Part shown: piece after piece, positions 30,822 to 40,435 of the stretch
Layout: each line of letters opens with the position of its first letter
How positions within the stretch are numbered: the stretch's first letter is position 1
Program-made: the position numbers and the translations under genes
Notes under the pieces: generated by a model
Database searches by the model: none
What the model saw: only the letters and a program-made list of their open reading frames with translations
Told to the model about the DNA's origin: nothing
NCBI GenBank assembly: GCA_963703315.1
Contig: OY969811.1
Location: forward strand, 736,001-800,000
Reading direction: 5' to 3'
Length of the DNA: 64,000 bases
Origin: an uncultured cyanobacterium
Lineage (GTDB): Bacteria; Cyanobacteriota; Cyanobacteriia; Pseudanabaenales; Pseudanabaenaceae

Positions 30822-31467
30822 TTCTGATCATGGATTCTAATTCGAGAAGGCGACCTTCGGCTAAGCGATCGCGACATTGTTTCACGGTTTGCAACTGCTC
30901 AGTAGAGCGAGATGATTCAAATTGACAATGTTGGACTTGATAAAGTTGCCATTGACGTTGCCCAGCCGAATTTTTGAGATTGTCTTGATTCAAGATTTTA
31001 TTCAAACGTTGGGAAGTTGCATCTGGGGTAAGTTGATAGTTTCTTGTTCCTTGTAAATCCGCAATGCGATCGTTGGTAACCCTAGCGCGGCAACTATGAT
31101 ATAGCAGTGGATAAATGGAACCTTTACGAAAGGGTTCGCTTAGTTCTTGGCAATGAGTATCTCGATAGGCATTCCAAGTTTGCTCGATCGCCATGAGTTG
31201 ATTTTTTTTAGCTTCAGGAAACGAGCGAGAGACATCTTCATAAACAAGCGATCTCAAAAAATCGGCAGTTTTTGCCCATCGCGATGCACAGAAGTTAAGC
31301 GCAAGTTGAGTTTGGGCTTCACAGGCAGGAGCAGCTACCCCGAATATTTGTGATTGACCGACTGTTTGAGGAGTCACTTGGGCAGAGATTGGAGCGATCG
31401 CTACAAAGGATACTCCGATAGTGATCAGGAAAGAATTAAGAAAAGAATTACAGGAGACTTTGTTCAT
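30814..31467 (-). CDS. secreted LprI (DUF1311)-like protein
   Basis: Signal peptide, 'C...TQLALNFCA', 'QTWNAYRDTHC', second partial repeat. Confidence 0.7.
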   Translation of the reverse strand: MNKVSCNSFLNSFLITIGVSFVAIAPISAQVTPQTVGQSQIFGVAAPACEAQTQLALNFCASRWAKTADFLRSLVYEDVSRSFPEAKKNQLMAIEQTWNAYRDTHCQELSEPFRKGSIYPLLYHSCRARVTNDRIADLQGTRNYQLTPDATSQRLNKILNQDNLKNSAGQRQWQLYQVQHCQFESSRSTEQLQTVKQCRDRLAEGRLLELESMIRTR

Positions 31468-31476
31468 AAGTGTGGC

Positions 31477-32100
31477 TCAAAAAGTAGTACCTGATTTAAA
31501 TCCATACCAATCACCAATGATCGGATAGTATCCATAGATCTTAGAACCAAAGTGAGCATTTCCATAGGGATTAGGTTTGTAGGCAAATCCATAATGGATA
31601 AAATCAAAAAAAAGTCCATATTGACCAGTACTAAAGTAGATGCCGCCACGCTCATCGCGATCGCACTCGATGACACGATAAAAACCTAGCTGTTGATCGA
31701 TAGGTTTGCTATTACAGATTTTCTGAAGTTGATCGACATGAGTGACAACTGCTTCAAAGGCAGGACGAGATAAGCTAAAGGCAATTGTTTGAGGTAGATT
31801 GGTTTTCAATAAAATCGTAGTGATAGCGATGGTAACCACAAAGGCAATTAGTAAGCGGCGGCGATCGCGTTTATTTTCATTGATGCGTTGCAAGGGAAGC
31901 TGCTTCTCTTTCTTTCGTCGATTTAGAGTAAGTATAATCGCTAATATGATGGCAATAGCAAAAGGAATTGACATTACATAGGCGATCGCTAAAATAATAA
32001 AGAAAGAATCTAGAATTAGTCCAGGGAAACAACTAATCCAGATCAAGCCCAGACAGACTAGTTGTACCCCTAACAACAGTATCAATAGAAAACGATTCAT
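31477..32100 (-). CDS. hypothetical membrane protein
   Basis: Three TM segments plus a Tyr/Gly-rich C-terminal domain; co-oriented with neighbours. Confidence 0.55.
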   Translation of the reverse strand: MNRFLLILLLGVQLVCLGLIWISCFPGLILDSFFIILAIAYVMSIPFAIAIILAIILTLNRRKKEKQLPLQRINENKRDRRRLLIAFVVTIAITTILLKTNLPQTIAFSLSRPAFEAVVTHVDQLQKICNSKPIDQQLGFYRVIECDRDERGGIYFSTGQYGLFFDFIHYGFAYKPNPYGNAHFGSKIYGYYPIIGDWYGFKSGTTF

Positions 32101-32106
32101 TTCATT

Positions 32107-32889
32107 TTAGTTTGTATGTGTCCAAGTACGATGAATTAAGCGTAAACCAACATCAAATAGATAACCGATCGCCCCGATAATTAAAATGGCTGCCATCAGT
32201 TCCGAATAGGCAAGGCGATCGCGAGTATCCAAAATGAAATAACCTAAACCAGCGCTTACGCCTAACATTTCCGCAGGCACAAGTACAATCCAGATCAAGC
32301 CGATCGCTAAGCGTAGCCCTGTTAATAAATGTCCGACAATTGCAGGAATAATAATCCTGATCACTGTTTCCCAACGCGAGGCACAGAGGCTTTGGGCTAG
32401 AAGCAACCAACGTTTATCAACGGAATGAACTCCCGCCATTGTATTTAATAAAATTGGCCAAACCGCCGCGATCGTTAATAGAAAATAAACGGGTAGATCG
32501 CCAATTCCCAACACCATCACCGCGAGGGGCATCCACGACAAAGGTGAAATCATCCGAATGAATTGGAAAATTGCCGAAGTCATCTGTTCGAGAACTTTGG
32601 ACAATCCCAAAATTAAACCCAGAGGAACGCCAATAGCGATCGCCGCAAATAACCCTACAAATACTCTTCTAAGACTAGTAATAATATGGGGAAAAATCGT
32701 TCCTGTTTGGAATATCTGTACCAATGCCCCAAAACTCCGTTCTGGAGAAAAGTCAATCACAATCGGATCGCGATGCCAAAGGGGCGTTGTGAAGATCCAC
32801 CAAATCCCTAAGCCCACAATCATCCCCCAGAAAGGCAATGGTAAAGCGATCGCCATTTTAGCGCGTGGTACTTTCAAAGCTTGAGTCAT
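32107..32889 (-). CDS. nitrate/sulfonate/bicarbonate-type ABC permease
   Basis: 'SLRRV', 'ISPLSW', 'LVPAEMLG...GLGY'. Confidence 0.9.
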   Translation of the reverse strand: MTQALKVPRAKMAIALPLPFWGMIVGLGIWWIFTTPLWHRDPIVIDFSPERSFGALVQIFQTGTIFPHIITSLRRVFVGLFAAIAIGVPLGLILGLSKVLEQMTSAIFQFIRMISPLSWMPLAVMVLGIGDLPVYFLLTIAAVWPILLNTMAGVHSVDKRWLLLAQSLCASRWETVIRIIIPAIVGHLLTGLRLAIGLIWIVLVPAEMLGVSAGLGYFILDTRDRLAYSELMAAILIIGAIGYLFDVGLRLIHRTWTHTN

Positions 32890-33018
32890 AGCTAATTGTT
32901 AATTCCTATTTTCTAAAATTACAGCGATTCGCTCTAAATGCAAAATTTGAAAGCGCGGCGAAGCAGCGCTTTCATGTAGATAGGCGGCGCTTTGCGCCGC
33001 CTATCTATTAATCTTTTT

Positions 33019-34266
33019 CTAAATCGAGATAATTTCTGTGCGAGTTAAACTTTCTGGCAAGCCAAAAGCCGATGCACCACCGACAAGGGGTAAAGCACGA
33101 CGTACAAACTCATCATTGACTAAATCCTTCGCCACATCATCGGGCTGCAAAGACTGTAAGAAACTGCTATCACCTTCCACTTGAGTTTCTTTGAGAGCGC
33201 GAACTAATTCGGCTGTATAGGAAGGAAAAGGATAGGGTTGGAAGTCAATGCGATTACTTTTCCAATCGGGATGTTGAATTGCTTTTTGCTTGCCATAGAA
33301 TTCGCCATCATAGTTGGAAAGCGCTCTTTCCAATACTGGCAAAGGATGGGGCGTATATTTGCCGACACCATCTTTGGAAAGGATTTGGGCGATTTCGGGA
33401 CGATTGCTTCGCATCCAATGCTGCGCTTTGACCAAAGAGTTGACCACGCCCTGCGACCATTCTTTACGCTGAGTCAAATCATCCTCATGCATCAGTACTA
33501 CACAGCAAGCATGATCCTTCCACACATCCCCCGTAAAGCGAAGAATCTTGCCTGTTTTTAAATTCTCTGCTGCCGCATTAAAGGGTTCCGCAACGATGTA
33601 GCCACTAATCGATTTATTGGCAAGCGCCGAAACCATATCGGAAGGAGGCAAGACCAATAGATTCAACTCATCATTGGCGATCGCCTCTTCCCTCGGTTTT
33701 CGCACAATTTTTAAGCCTGATTTGCGTGCTACCTGCTGTAACACCACATTATGCACAGAATACCAGAAGGGAATTGCAACGGATTTCCCACCCAAATCCT
33801 GCGGCGTATCAATTTCTGGCAATACCGTTAGAGCCGAACCGTTAGTATGATTCCAAGCAACCACCTTTGCAGGAAACTTCCGTCCATAACGGATAGAAAT
33901 TGTAGTAGGCATTAACAAATGGACAACGTTCACCTGCTTAGCCAGAAAAGCTTCCACAATTTGCGCCCATGAGCGAAATAGTCGGGGTTGCTCCACAGTT
34001 AGTCCCTCAGCTTCGTAAAGTTTACGCGCATGGGCAACTAACAAAGGGGAAGCATCGGTAATTGGAAGATAGCCAATTTTGACAGGTTGATCGTTAGAGA
34101 TCGTCGGTTTGGCTGTAGTTTGGGTTGTTGCGCCAATGGTACTTTTGGGAGCCTCTTGCTGACAACCACTGGCGAGAACTGTAGCTGCTAAAGAAGAGGA
34201 GAATAAACCCAGAAAGTTACGCCGCGATATACCACAGCAAGGGCAGTTACTTGTCCATTTATGCAT
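33019..34266 (-). CDS. NrtA/CmpA-like ABC substrate-binding protein (twin-Arg lipoprotein leader)
   Basis: 'SRRNFL', 'LASGC', 'IGYLPITDA', 'VAEPF', 'HACC'; ATG at 34266 preferred. Confidence 0.85.
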   Translation of the reverse strand: MHKWTSNCPCCGISRRNFLGLFSSSLAATVLASGCQQEAPKSTIGATTQTTAKPTISNDQPVKIGYLPITDASPLLVAHARKLYEAEGLTVEQPRLFRSWAQIVEAFLAKQVNVVHLLMPTTISIRYGRKFPAKVVAWNHTNGSALTVLPEIDTPQDLGGKSVAIPFWYSVHNVVLQQVARKSGLKIVRKPREEAIANDELNLLVLPPSDMVSALANKSISGYIVAEPFNAAAENLKTGKILRFTGDVWKDHACCVVLMHEDDLTQRKEWSQGVVNSLVKAQHWMRSNRPEIAQILSKDGVGKYTPHPLPVLERALSNYDGEFYGKQKAIQHPDWKSNRIDFQPYPFPSYTAELVRALKETQVEGDSSFLQSLQPDDVAKDLVNDEFVRRALPLVGGASAFGLPESLTRTEIISI

Positions 34267-34325
34267 TTTAGGATTCTCTAAAGTTTGGTTATACAAATTT
34301 TTCAGGCTAGCTTTGCTGGAGGCGA

Positions 34326-35099
34326 CTAATCCTGATCAATCACAACTGATAATTCTTGCAGAATATCTAATCGTATATCCACTAGTTCGTGAATATGTTG
34401 AAATCGCGGTTTCGGAGCGTCAATTTTCCATTCGCGATGAATCCGTCCGGGATTCTTGTTCATCAGCAATACCCGATCGCCTAGTAAGAGAGCTTCATCA
34501 ATGTCATGAGTCACTAATAGTGCCGTACTGTGATGGGTAGAAATAGCAGCTAGCAAAAGTTTCTGCATTTCTACGCGGGTGATCGCATCAAGGGCGCTGA
34601 ATGGTTCATCTAGGAGCAATAACTGGGGATGACGCGCCAAAGCTCGCGCCAAAGACACCCGTTGCGCCATCCCTCCCGAAAGTTGATTAGGATAGGCCTC
34701 CTCAAAGCCCTGTAACTGCACACTGGCGATCGCCTCATAGATATGGGATTTTAATTCTGCGGGCGATCGCTGCTTTAATGCTTTTAACTTTAGTCCAAAT
34801 TCGATATTCTGCTTTACGTTCAGCCAAGGCAAGAGCGCCGCATCCTGAAAAATAACACTGATTTTGGGATCGGGTGCGCTCAGGCGATCGCCTAACAAAT
34901 ACACCTCACCTTGAGTAGCCGCCTGTAAACCTGCGATCGTCATTAATAACGAAGATTTACCACAGCCACTTGCCCCCAATAAACAGATCACTTCACCCGC
35001 ATAGATTTGCAAATTGATCTCGGCAAAAGCCTTTAACCAACCGCGTTTAGTGCGATATTCCTTATGTAAATTTTGAACACTGAGTATAGGATTATTCAT
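34326..35099 (-). CDS. ABC transporter ATP-binding protein (SsuB/NrtD-like)
   Basis: 'GASGCGKS', 'LSGGMAQR', 'LLDEPFSALD', 'VTHD'. Confidence 0.92.
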   Translation of the reverse strand: MNNPILSVQNLHKEYRTKRGWLKAFAEINLQIYAGEVICLLGASGCGKSSLLMTIAGLQAATQGEVYLLGDRLSAPDPKISVIFQDAALLPWLNVKQNIEFGLKLKALKQRSPAELKSHIYEAIASVQLQGFEEAYPNQLSGGMAQRVSLARALARHPQLLLLDEPFSALDAITRVEMQKLLLAAISTHHSTALLVTHDIDEALLLGDRVLLMNKNPGRIHREWKIDAPKPRFQHIHELVDIRLDILQELSVVIDQD

Positions 35100-35197
35100 T
35101 TGTTAAGTGATCGCCCCCGACTTCTAGAACACCAAGTATCTAACTAGCATTGCTATATAGTAAAGCGCTAAACGTCACATATCGCTAGCTAAGGATG

Positions 35198-36490
35198 TAG
35201 GGCAACCGCACACGTTTCTTAACAAACTAGCGAACATTTCTTAACGAGGAAAAAAGGGAGAAACGGGAGAATTGAGGATATTTAGAAAGATAAGTCCAAA
35301 ATGCTAGCAACAGTCAGTCCCGTCGGATTAATCGAAACCCACTTTGGGAACTTGCAAGATCCCAGAGCAGCACACAGTATCCTGCATAAGCTACTCGACA
35401 TATTGATAATCACGATTTGTGCAGTGATCTGTGGAGCCGATAACTTCGTAGCAATCGCCGAATATGGCAAAGAGAAAGAAGAATGGTTAAAGACATTTTT
35501 GGAATTAGCAAACGGCATACCGTCAGTAGATACATTCGAGAGATTATTTGCGAGACTGAAGCCAGAAGCATTGCAAAAAAGCTTTATTAGCTGGATGGAA
35601 GCAGTCCATGAATCCACCGACGGAGAATTGATAAACATAGATGGCAAAACCCTGAGAGGAGCAAAGGAAGCAGGAAATTCGCGTAGTCTGATTCATATGG
35701 TGAGTGTGTGGTCAGCATCACAACATTTGGTATTGGGACAGCAAAAAGTGGACGAGAAATCCAATGAAATAACAGCGATTCCATCATTGCTAAAAATGTT
35801 AGCGATACGAGGTTGTGTGGTGAGCATAGATGCAATGGGATGTCAGACCGAAATCGCGAAAACAATCATCGAAGAGGGAGCAGATTATGTGTTAGCACTG
35901 AAAGGCAATCAAGGTAATCTCCATAAAGATGTGCGTGAACTATTTACCTCTGCACGAGAACAGAACTTCAAAAATATTGAACATCAGTTCTATGAAACGG
36001 TTGAGAAAGGACATGGGCGCATTGAAACTCGTCGCTATTGGACAATGGGTAATACCGAATACTTAATCGGTGCAGAGAAATGGATAGGTTTGAAAAGTAT
36101 TGGTATGGTTGAATCAGAGCGCATTATAAATGGAATTATTTCTACTGAGCAGCGATACTATCTGCTTAGTCTTGAGAGTGATGTCCACAGATTTTCCCAA
36201 TCTGTCAGAAATCACTGGAGTATTGAAAATCAACTACATTGGATTCTTGATGTTGGTTTTGGTGAAGATGCTTCGCAATCCTGCCGAGGCTATATTGCCG
36301 AAAACTTGGCTGTTATACGTCATATCAGTTTAAATTTGTTGTCAAGAGATAAAAACAGTAAGGTCGGTGTCAAGACAAAACGTCTTAAAGCTGGCTGGAA
36401 CAACAACTATCTTAAGGATATCCTGAGTACCTTAAACATAGTCGCTGTCTAAATCTCGTTAATTGTTAAGAAACGTGTGCGGTTGCCCTA
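35198..36490 (+). mobile_element. complete ISAs1-family insertion sequence
   Basis: 28-bp perfect TIR TAGGGCAACCGCACACGTTTCTTAACAA; direct repeat GCTAAGGATG at 35188-35197 and 36491-36500. Confidence 0.95.
35301..36452 (+). CDS. ISAs1-family (H-repeat) transposase
   Basis: 'DPR', 'IDGKTLRG', 'KSNEITAIP', 'IDAMGCQ', 'HGRIE', 'HWSIENQLHW'. Confidence 0.95.
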   Translation: MLATVSPVGLIETHFGNLQDPRAAHSILHKLLDILIITICAVICGADNFVAIAEYGKEKEEWLKTFLELANGIPSVDTFERLFARLKPEALQKSFISWMEAVHESTDGELINIDGKTLRGAKEAGNSRSLIHMVSVWSASQHLVLGQQKVDEKSNEITAIPSLLKMLAIRGCVVSIDAMGCQTEIAKTIIEEGADYVLALKGNQGNLHKDVRELFTSAREQNFKNIEHQFYETVEKGHGRIETRRYWTMGNTEYLIGAEKWIGLKSIGMVESERIINGIISTEQRYYLLSLESDVHRFSQSVRNHWSIENQLHWILDVGFGEDASQSCRGYIAENLAVIRHISLNLLSRDKNSKVGVKTKRLKAGWNNNYLKDILSTLNIVAV

Positions 36491-36604
36491 GCTAAGGATG
36501 ACGTTCGCTTTTGCAAGTCTAAGCAATGGGATACTATTAGAGATTAAGCAATTGTTTAATTGCTATTATCTAAAATTTAAGTATATTTACTCAGGCATAA
36601 GTGC

Positions 36605-39229
36605 GTGCAAGCATTAGACCCACAAGAATTATATCCCTTTCAACTTGACCCGTTTCAACTACAGGCGATCGCCGCCTTGCAAGCAGGTAAGTCGGTCGTT
36701 GTTTGTGCGCCAACAGGTTCAGGCAAAACCCTCATCGGTGAATATGCCATTCATGCCGCCTTAGCAGGCGATCGCCGTGTATTTTACACCACCCCACTCA
36801 AGGCATTATCCAATCAAAAGTTACGCGATTTTCGGCAACAGTTTGGCGATGATAATGTGGGGTTACTGACGGGTGATACCTCGGTCAATCGGGATGCGCC
36901 AATTTTGGTGATGACTACGGAAATCTTTCGGAATATGCTCTATGGTACGCCGATCGGTGAGGTGGGGACATCGCTCACGGGCGTGGAGGTGGTAGTCCTC
37001 GATGAATGTCACTACATGAACGATCGCCAACGGGGTACAGTCTGGGAAGAATCGATCGTCTACTGTCCTGCGGAAGTGCAACTAGTGGCGCTCTCAGCAA
37101 CCGTAGCTAATAGCCAACAACTCACCGACTGGATTCACAAAGTACATGGTGATACAGAGTTAATCTATTCTGATTTTCGTCCCGTTCCACTACAACATTC
37201 TTTCTGTAATAGCAAAGGCTTTTTCCCTCTATTAGATAGTTCTCTTCAGAAAATTAATCCGCGCCTGAAACCACTTACTAATAAACCACCAACTAAAGAA
37301 GAAAGACATAAAATCGTCCCCAATATCGGAGCCGTCATATCTCATCTACGCCAGAGGGATATGCTCCCTGCGATTTATTTCATCTTCAGCCGTCGTGGTT
37401 GCGATAAATCGGTTACGGATTTAGGTAATGTTTCCCTAGTTAATGCCGAAGAGTCCCTGCGTCTCAAACCCCAAATTGATGCCTTCATCGCTGCAAATCC
37501 TGAGATTGGAAAGCCTTTGCATATTGACGCTCTTTATCGAGGAATTGCGGCGCACCATGCAGGAATTTTACCCGCATGGAAGGGCTTTGTCGAAGAGCTA
37601 TTTCAGCAAGGTTTAATCAAAGTTGTCTTTGCGACCGAAACTCTGGCGGCAGGAATTAATATGCCAGCTAGAACCACCGTGATTTCCAGCATTTCCAAGC
37701 GCACCGATCGCGGACATCGGTTGCTCAATGCTTCGGAGTTTCTGCAAATGGCAGGACGGGCGGGGCGACGTGGTATGGATGAAGTTGGCTATGTCGTCAC
37801 GGTGCAAACTCCCTTTGAAGGCGCAAAGGAAGCAGCCCATCTTGCTACTTCTAGTGCCGATCCCTTAGTTAGCCAATTTGCACCGAGCTATGGCATGGTG
37901 ATGAACTTGCTGCAAACTCACTCTCTCGAACAGGCTAGAGACCTAGTGGAACGGAGCTTTGGGCAGTATCTCGCCGATCTTAATCTTGCGCCCCAAATCC
38001 AGAACCTTGAGTCAGTCATCGAACAAATCGCTAAGTTAGAGAAAGATCTCGCCTCTGTCGATTTAAAGCAATTGGAAGTTTATGATAAGTTGCGCGATCG
38101 CCTCCGTGAAGAACGACGACTGCTGAAAATGTTAGCTCAGCAATCGGAAGAGATGCGCTTAAATGACTTAGCCTCCTACGCGCCCTATCTGCTATCAGGT
38201 TCACCGCTTACAATTCGCACCAATAAAGGGCTGATTGTGCATACCGTTCTCGCCGCTAAAGTGCAAGGCTCTGGACAATTTCCTTGGTTTGTTTGCCTCG
38301 GACATAACAACCGTTGGTATGTGGTGGGATACAAAGATATTGTGCTAGTCGGTAGTGATTTATTACTGGATGGTGATATCGAATATCCTGCGAAGTTGTC
38401 ACTCAAGCCTGGGCAATCGATTGATGGTGATGAGATCAGCTTGGCGATCGCCCAAAAAATTACACCCTTACCTGATCCTGAGCTTGCGCCTGAAGTGATT
38501 AAACAACAGGCAAGAGTCTTGGCGATCGAAGCCGAAATGGATCGCCATCCTGTTTCTAAAATGAGCGATCGCGGTGCTGTTTTCAAAAAAGTCAATCGTC
38601 TCGAACAGTTGCAGCGTCAGATCGAGTTTCAGCAAAAAGTAGTCAATGAGCGCCGCCAAAGACATTGGCAAGAGTTTATGAGCCTCGTCAATATCCTCCA
38701 GTTCTATGGATGTCTGGAAGATACACAACCCACAGATAAAGGTAAAGTCGTCGCAGCGCTGCGAGGTGAAAATGAATTGTGGTTAGCCCTATGCCTAATG
38801 TCAGGGGAATTAGACAATCTCGCACCGCATCATCTGGCGACAGTCTGCGCGGCGATCGTGAGTGAAAATAGCCGTCCTGACAACTGGATCAAGTTTGGAT
38901 TGTCACCAACTGTTGAAGATGCCCTTGATGGTTTACGCGAGATTCGCCGTCAAATGATGCCCGTCCAACGCCGTTATTTAGTAGATATTCCTGCTTGGCT
39001 AGACTATGAACTGACAGGACTTGTGGAACAATGGGCGCTAGGTATGGAATGGTTTGAGCTATGTCAAAATACTAATCTTGATGAAGGTGATATTGTGCGT
39101 CTGATGCGGCGCACCATTGATTTGTTGTACCAAATCCCCCATGTCCCTAATTTGCCATCGCCGCTTTATCAAGCTGCTAAGCAAGCTGCTCAACTGATCG
39201 ATCGCTTCCCCGTTAATGAAGTAATTTGA
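36605..39229 (+). CDS. Ski2/HelY-like DEAD/DEAH helicase with DSHCT domain
   Basis: 'PTGSGKT', 'DECH', 'SAT', 'QMAGRAGRRG', C-terminal 'DEGDIVR'. Confidence 0.92.
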   Translation: MQALDPQELYPFQLDPFQLQAIAALQAGKSVVVCAPTGSGKTLIGEYAIHAALAGDRRVFYTTPLKALSNQKLRDFRQQFGDDNVGLLTGDTSVNRDAPILVMTTEIFRNMLYGTPIGEVGTSLTGVEVVVLDECHYMNDRQRGTVWEESIVYCPAEVQLVALSATVANSQQLTDWIHKVHGDTELIYSDFRPVPLQHSFCNSKGFFPLLDSSLQKINPRLKPLTNKPPTKEERHKIVPNIGAVISHLRQRDMLPAIYFIFSRRGCDKSVTDLGNVSLVNAEESLRLKPQIDAFIAANPEIGKPLHIDALYRGIAAHHAGILPAWKGFVEELFQQGLIKVVFATETLAAGINMPARTTVISSISKRTDRGHRLLNASEFLQMAGRAGRRGMDEVGYVVTVQTPFEGAKEAAHLATSSADPLVSQFAPSYGMVMNLLQTHSLEQARDLVERSFGQYLADLNLAPQIQNLESVIEQIAKLEKDLASVDLKQLEVYDKLRDRLREERRLLKMLAQQSEEMRLNDLASYAPYLLSGSPLTIRTNKGLIVHTVLAAKVQGSGQFPWFVCLGHNNRWYVVGYKDIVLVGSDLLLDGDIEYPAKLSLKPGQSIDGDEISLAIAQKITPLPDPELAPEVIKQQARVLAIEAEMDRHPVSKMSDRGAVFKKVNRLEQLQRQIEFQQKVVNERRQRHWQEFMSLVNILQFYGCLEDTQPTDKGKVVAALRGENELWLALCLMSGELDNLAPHHLATVCAAIVSENSRPDNWIKFGLSPTVEDALDGLREIRRQMMPVQRRYLVDIPAWLDYELTGLVEQWALGMEWFELCQNTNLDEGDIVRLMRRTIDLLYQIPHVPNLPSPLYQAAKQAAQLIDRFPVNEVI

Positions 39230-39235
39230 TAACTC

Positions 39236-40432
39236 ATGTTACGCAGCACCTCTCCCAAAAATCAGCAAACTAGCAATATGAAGAACGTCGTAGAACCCAA
39301 AAGATCAAACAAATTTTTAATTCCTGCGATCGCACTGGCTCTGGCAGCATTAGGCGTAAGTGTTTGGTTGGTGATTAGTCGCAGTAGTAACCCTGCTCAG
39401 CCACCTGCAACCAGCACCACTAGTAAAGAACAAGCAAAATCTACCATTAGTGCGTTAGGTCGTCTCGAACCACAGGGAGAAGTCGTCAAGGTCGCATCAC
39501 CCTCAGCATTAGGGACATCACGCATTATCAAGCTCATGGTCAAAGAAGGCGATATCGTCAAACAAGGTCAACCGATCGCCATTCTCGATAGCTACGATCG
39601 CTCGGTGGCAACCTTACTCCAAGCCCAAAGCCAAGCCCAAGAGAGTGAGCGCAATCTTGCCAAAGTCCGCGCAGGGGCAAAGGGCGGTGATATTGCGGCA
39701 CAAGAGGGCAATGTACTGGCGGCGGCGGCTAACATTAAATCTCTAGAAGCTAATGCTGCAAGAATTCGGACTGAATTAGAGATCGCAGGTCGAGACTATA
39801 ATCGGTTTCTGCAAGTTTTTAAAGAAGGCGCGATCTCCCAAACCGTTCTCGATAGCTATCGCCTCAAGGTTGAGACTTTGCAAGGTCAATTTGTCCAAGC
39901 ACAGCAACAAATTGAACAAGCTCAATTCCAGTTACGTCAATCGCAAGGCTTGCTCAGCAGTGTCAGGGAAGTGCGTCCAACCGATGTCCAATTTGCCGAA
40001 GCACAACTCCAAACCGCGATCGTCAATGTCAAAAGTGCTGAGGTCAATCTTGATCTAGCCCAAGTGCGTGCGCCTATTGATGGACAAGTTCTCAAAGTTA
40101 ATTCTAAGACTGGTGAAGTTGTCAGTCAGACCAATGGCGTGATTGACCTCGGCAATACTAGCCAAATGTATGTAGTTGCCGAAATCTATGAAACTGATAT
40201 CGGTAAAGTCAAGGTTGGTCAAAAAGCCACCATTGAGAGCGAAGCTTTTGAAGGCTTAATTACGGGCAAAGTGGACAGCATTGGTTTAAAGATTGCCAAA
40301 AATGATGTATTGGGAACTGATCCTGCGGCAAAAACCGATGTACGGATTATCGAAGTTAAAATCAAGTTGGATGACAGTCAAAAAGTTTCAGGGCTTACCA
40401 ATTTACAAGTCAGGGTCAAGGTTGAGATTTAA
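39236..40432 (+). CDS. devB: DevB-family ABC exporter membrane-fusion protein
   Basis: 'ALGRLEPQGEV', coiled coil, 'MYVVAEIYETDI', 'LTNLQVRV'. Confidence 0.85.
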   Translation: MLRSTSPKNQQTSNMKNVVEPKRSNKFLIPAIALALAALGVSVWLVISRSSNPAQPPATSTTSKEQAKSTISALGRLEPQGEVVKVASPSALGTSRIIKLMVKEGDIVKQGQPIAILDSYDRSVATLLQAQSQAQESERNLAKVRAGAKGGDIAAQEGNVLAAAANIKSLEANAARIRTELEIAGRDYNRFLQVFKEGAISQTVLDSYRLKVETLQGQFVQAQQQIEQAQFQLRQSQGLLSSVREVRPTDVQFAEAQLQTAIVNVKSAEVNLDLAQVRAPIDGQVLKVNSKTGEVVSQTNGVIDLGNTSQMYVVAEIYETDIGKVKVGQKATIESEAFEGLITGKVDSIGLKIAKNDVLGTDPAAKTDVRIIEVKIKLDDSQKVSGLTNLQVRVKVEI

Positions 40433-40435
40433 TAT

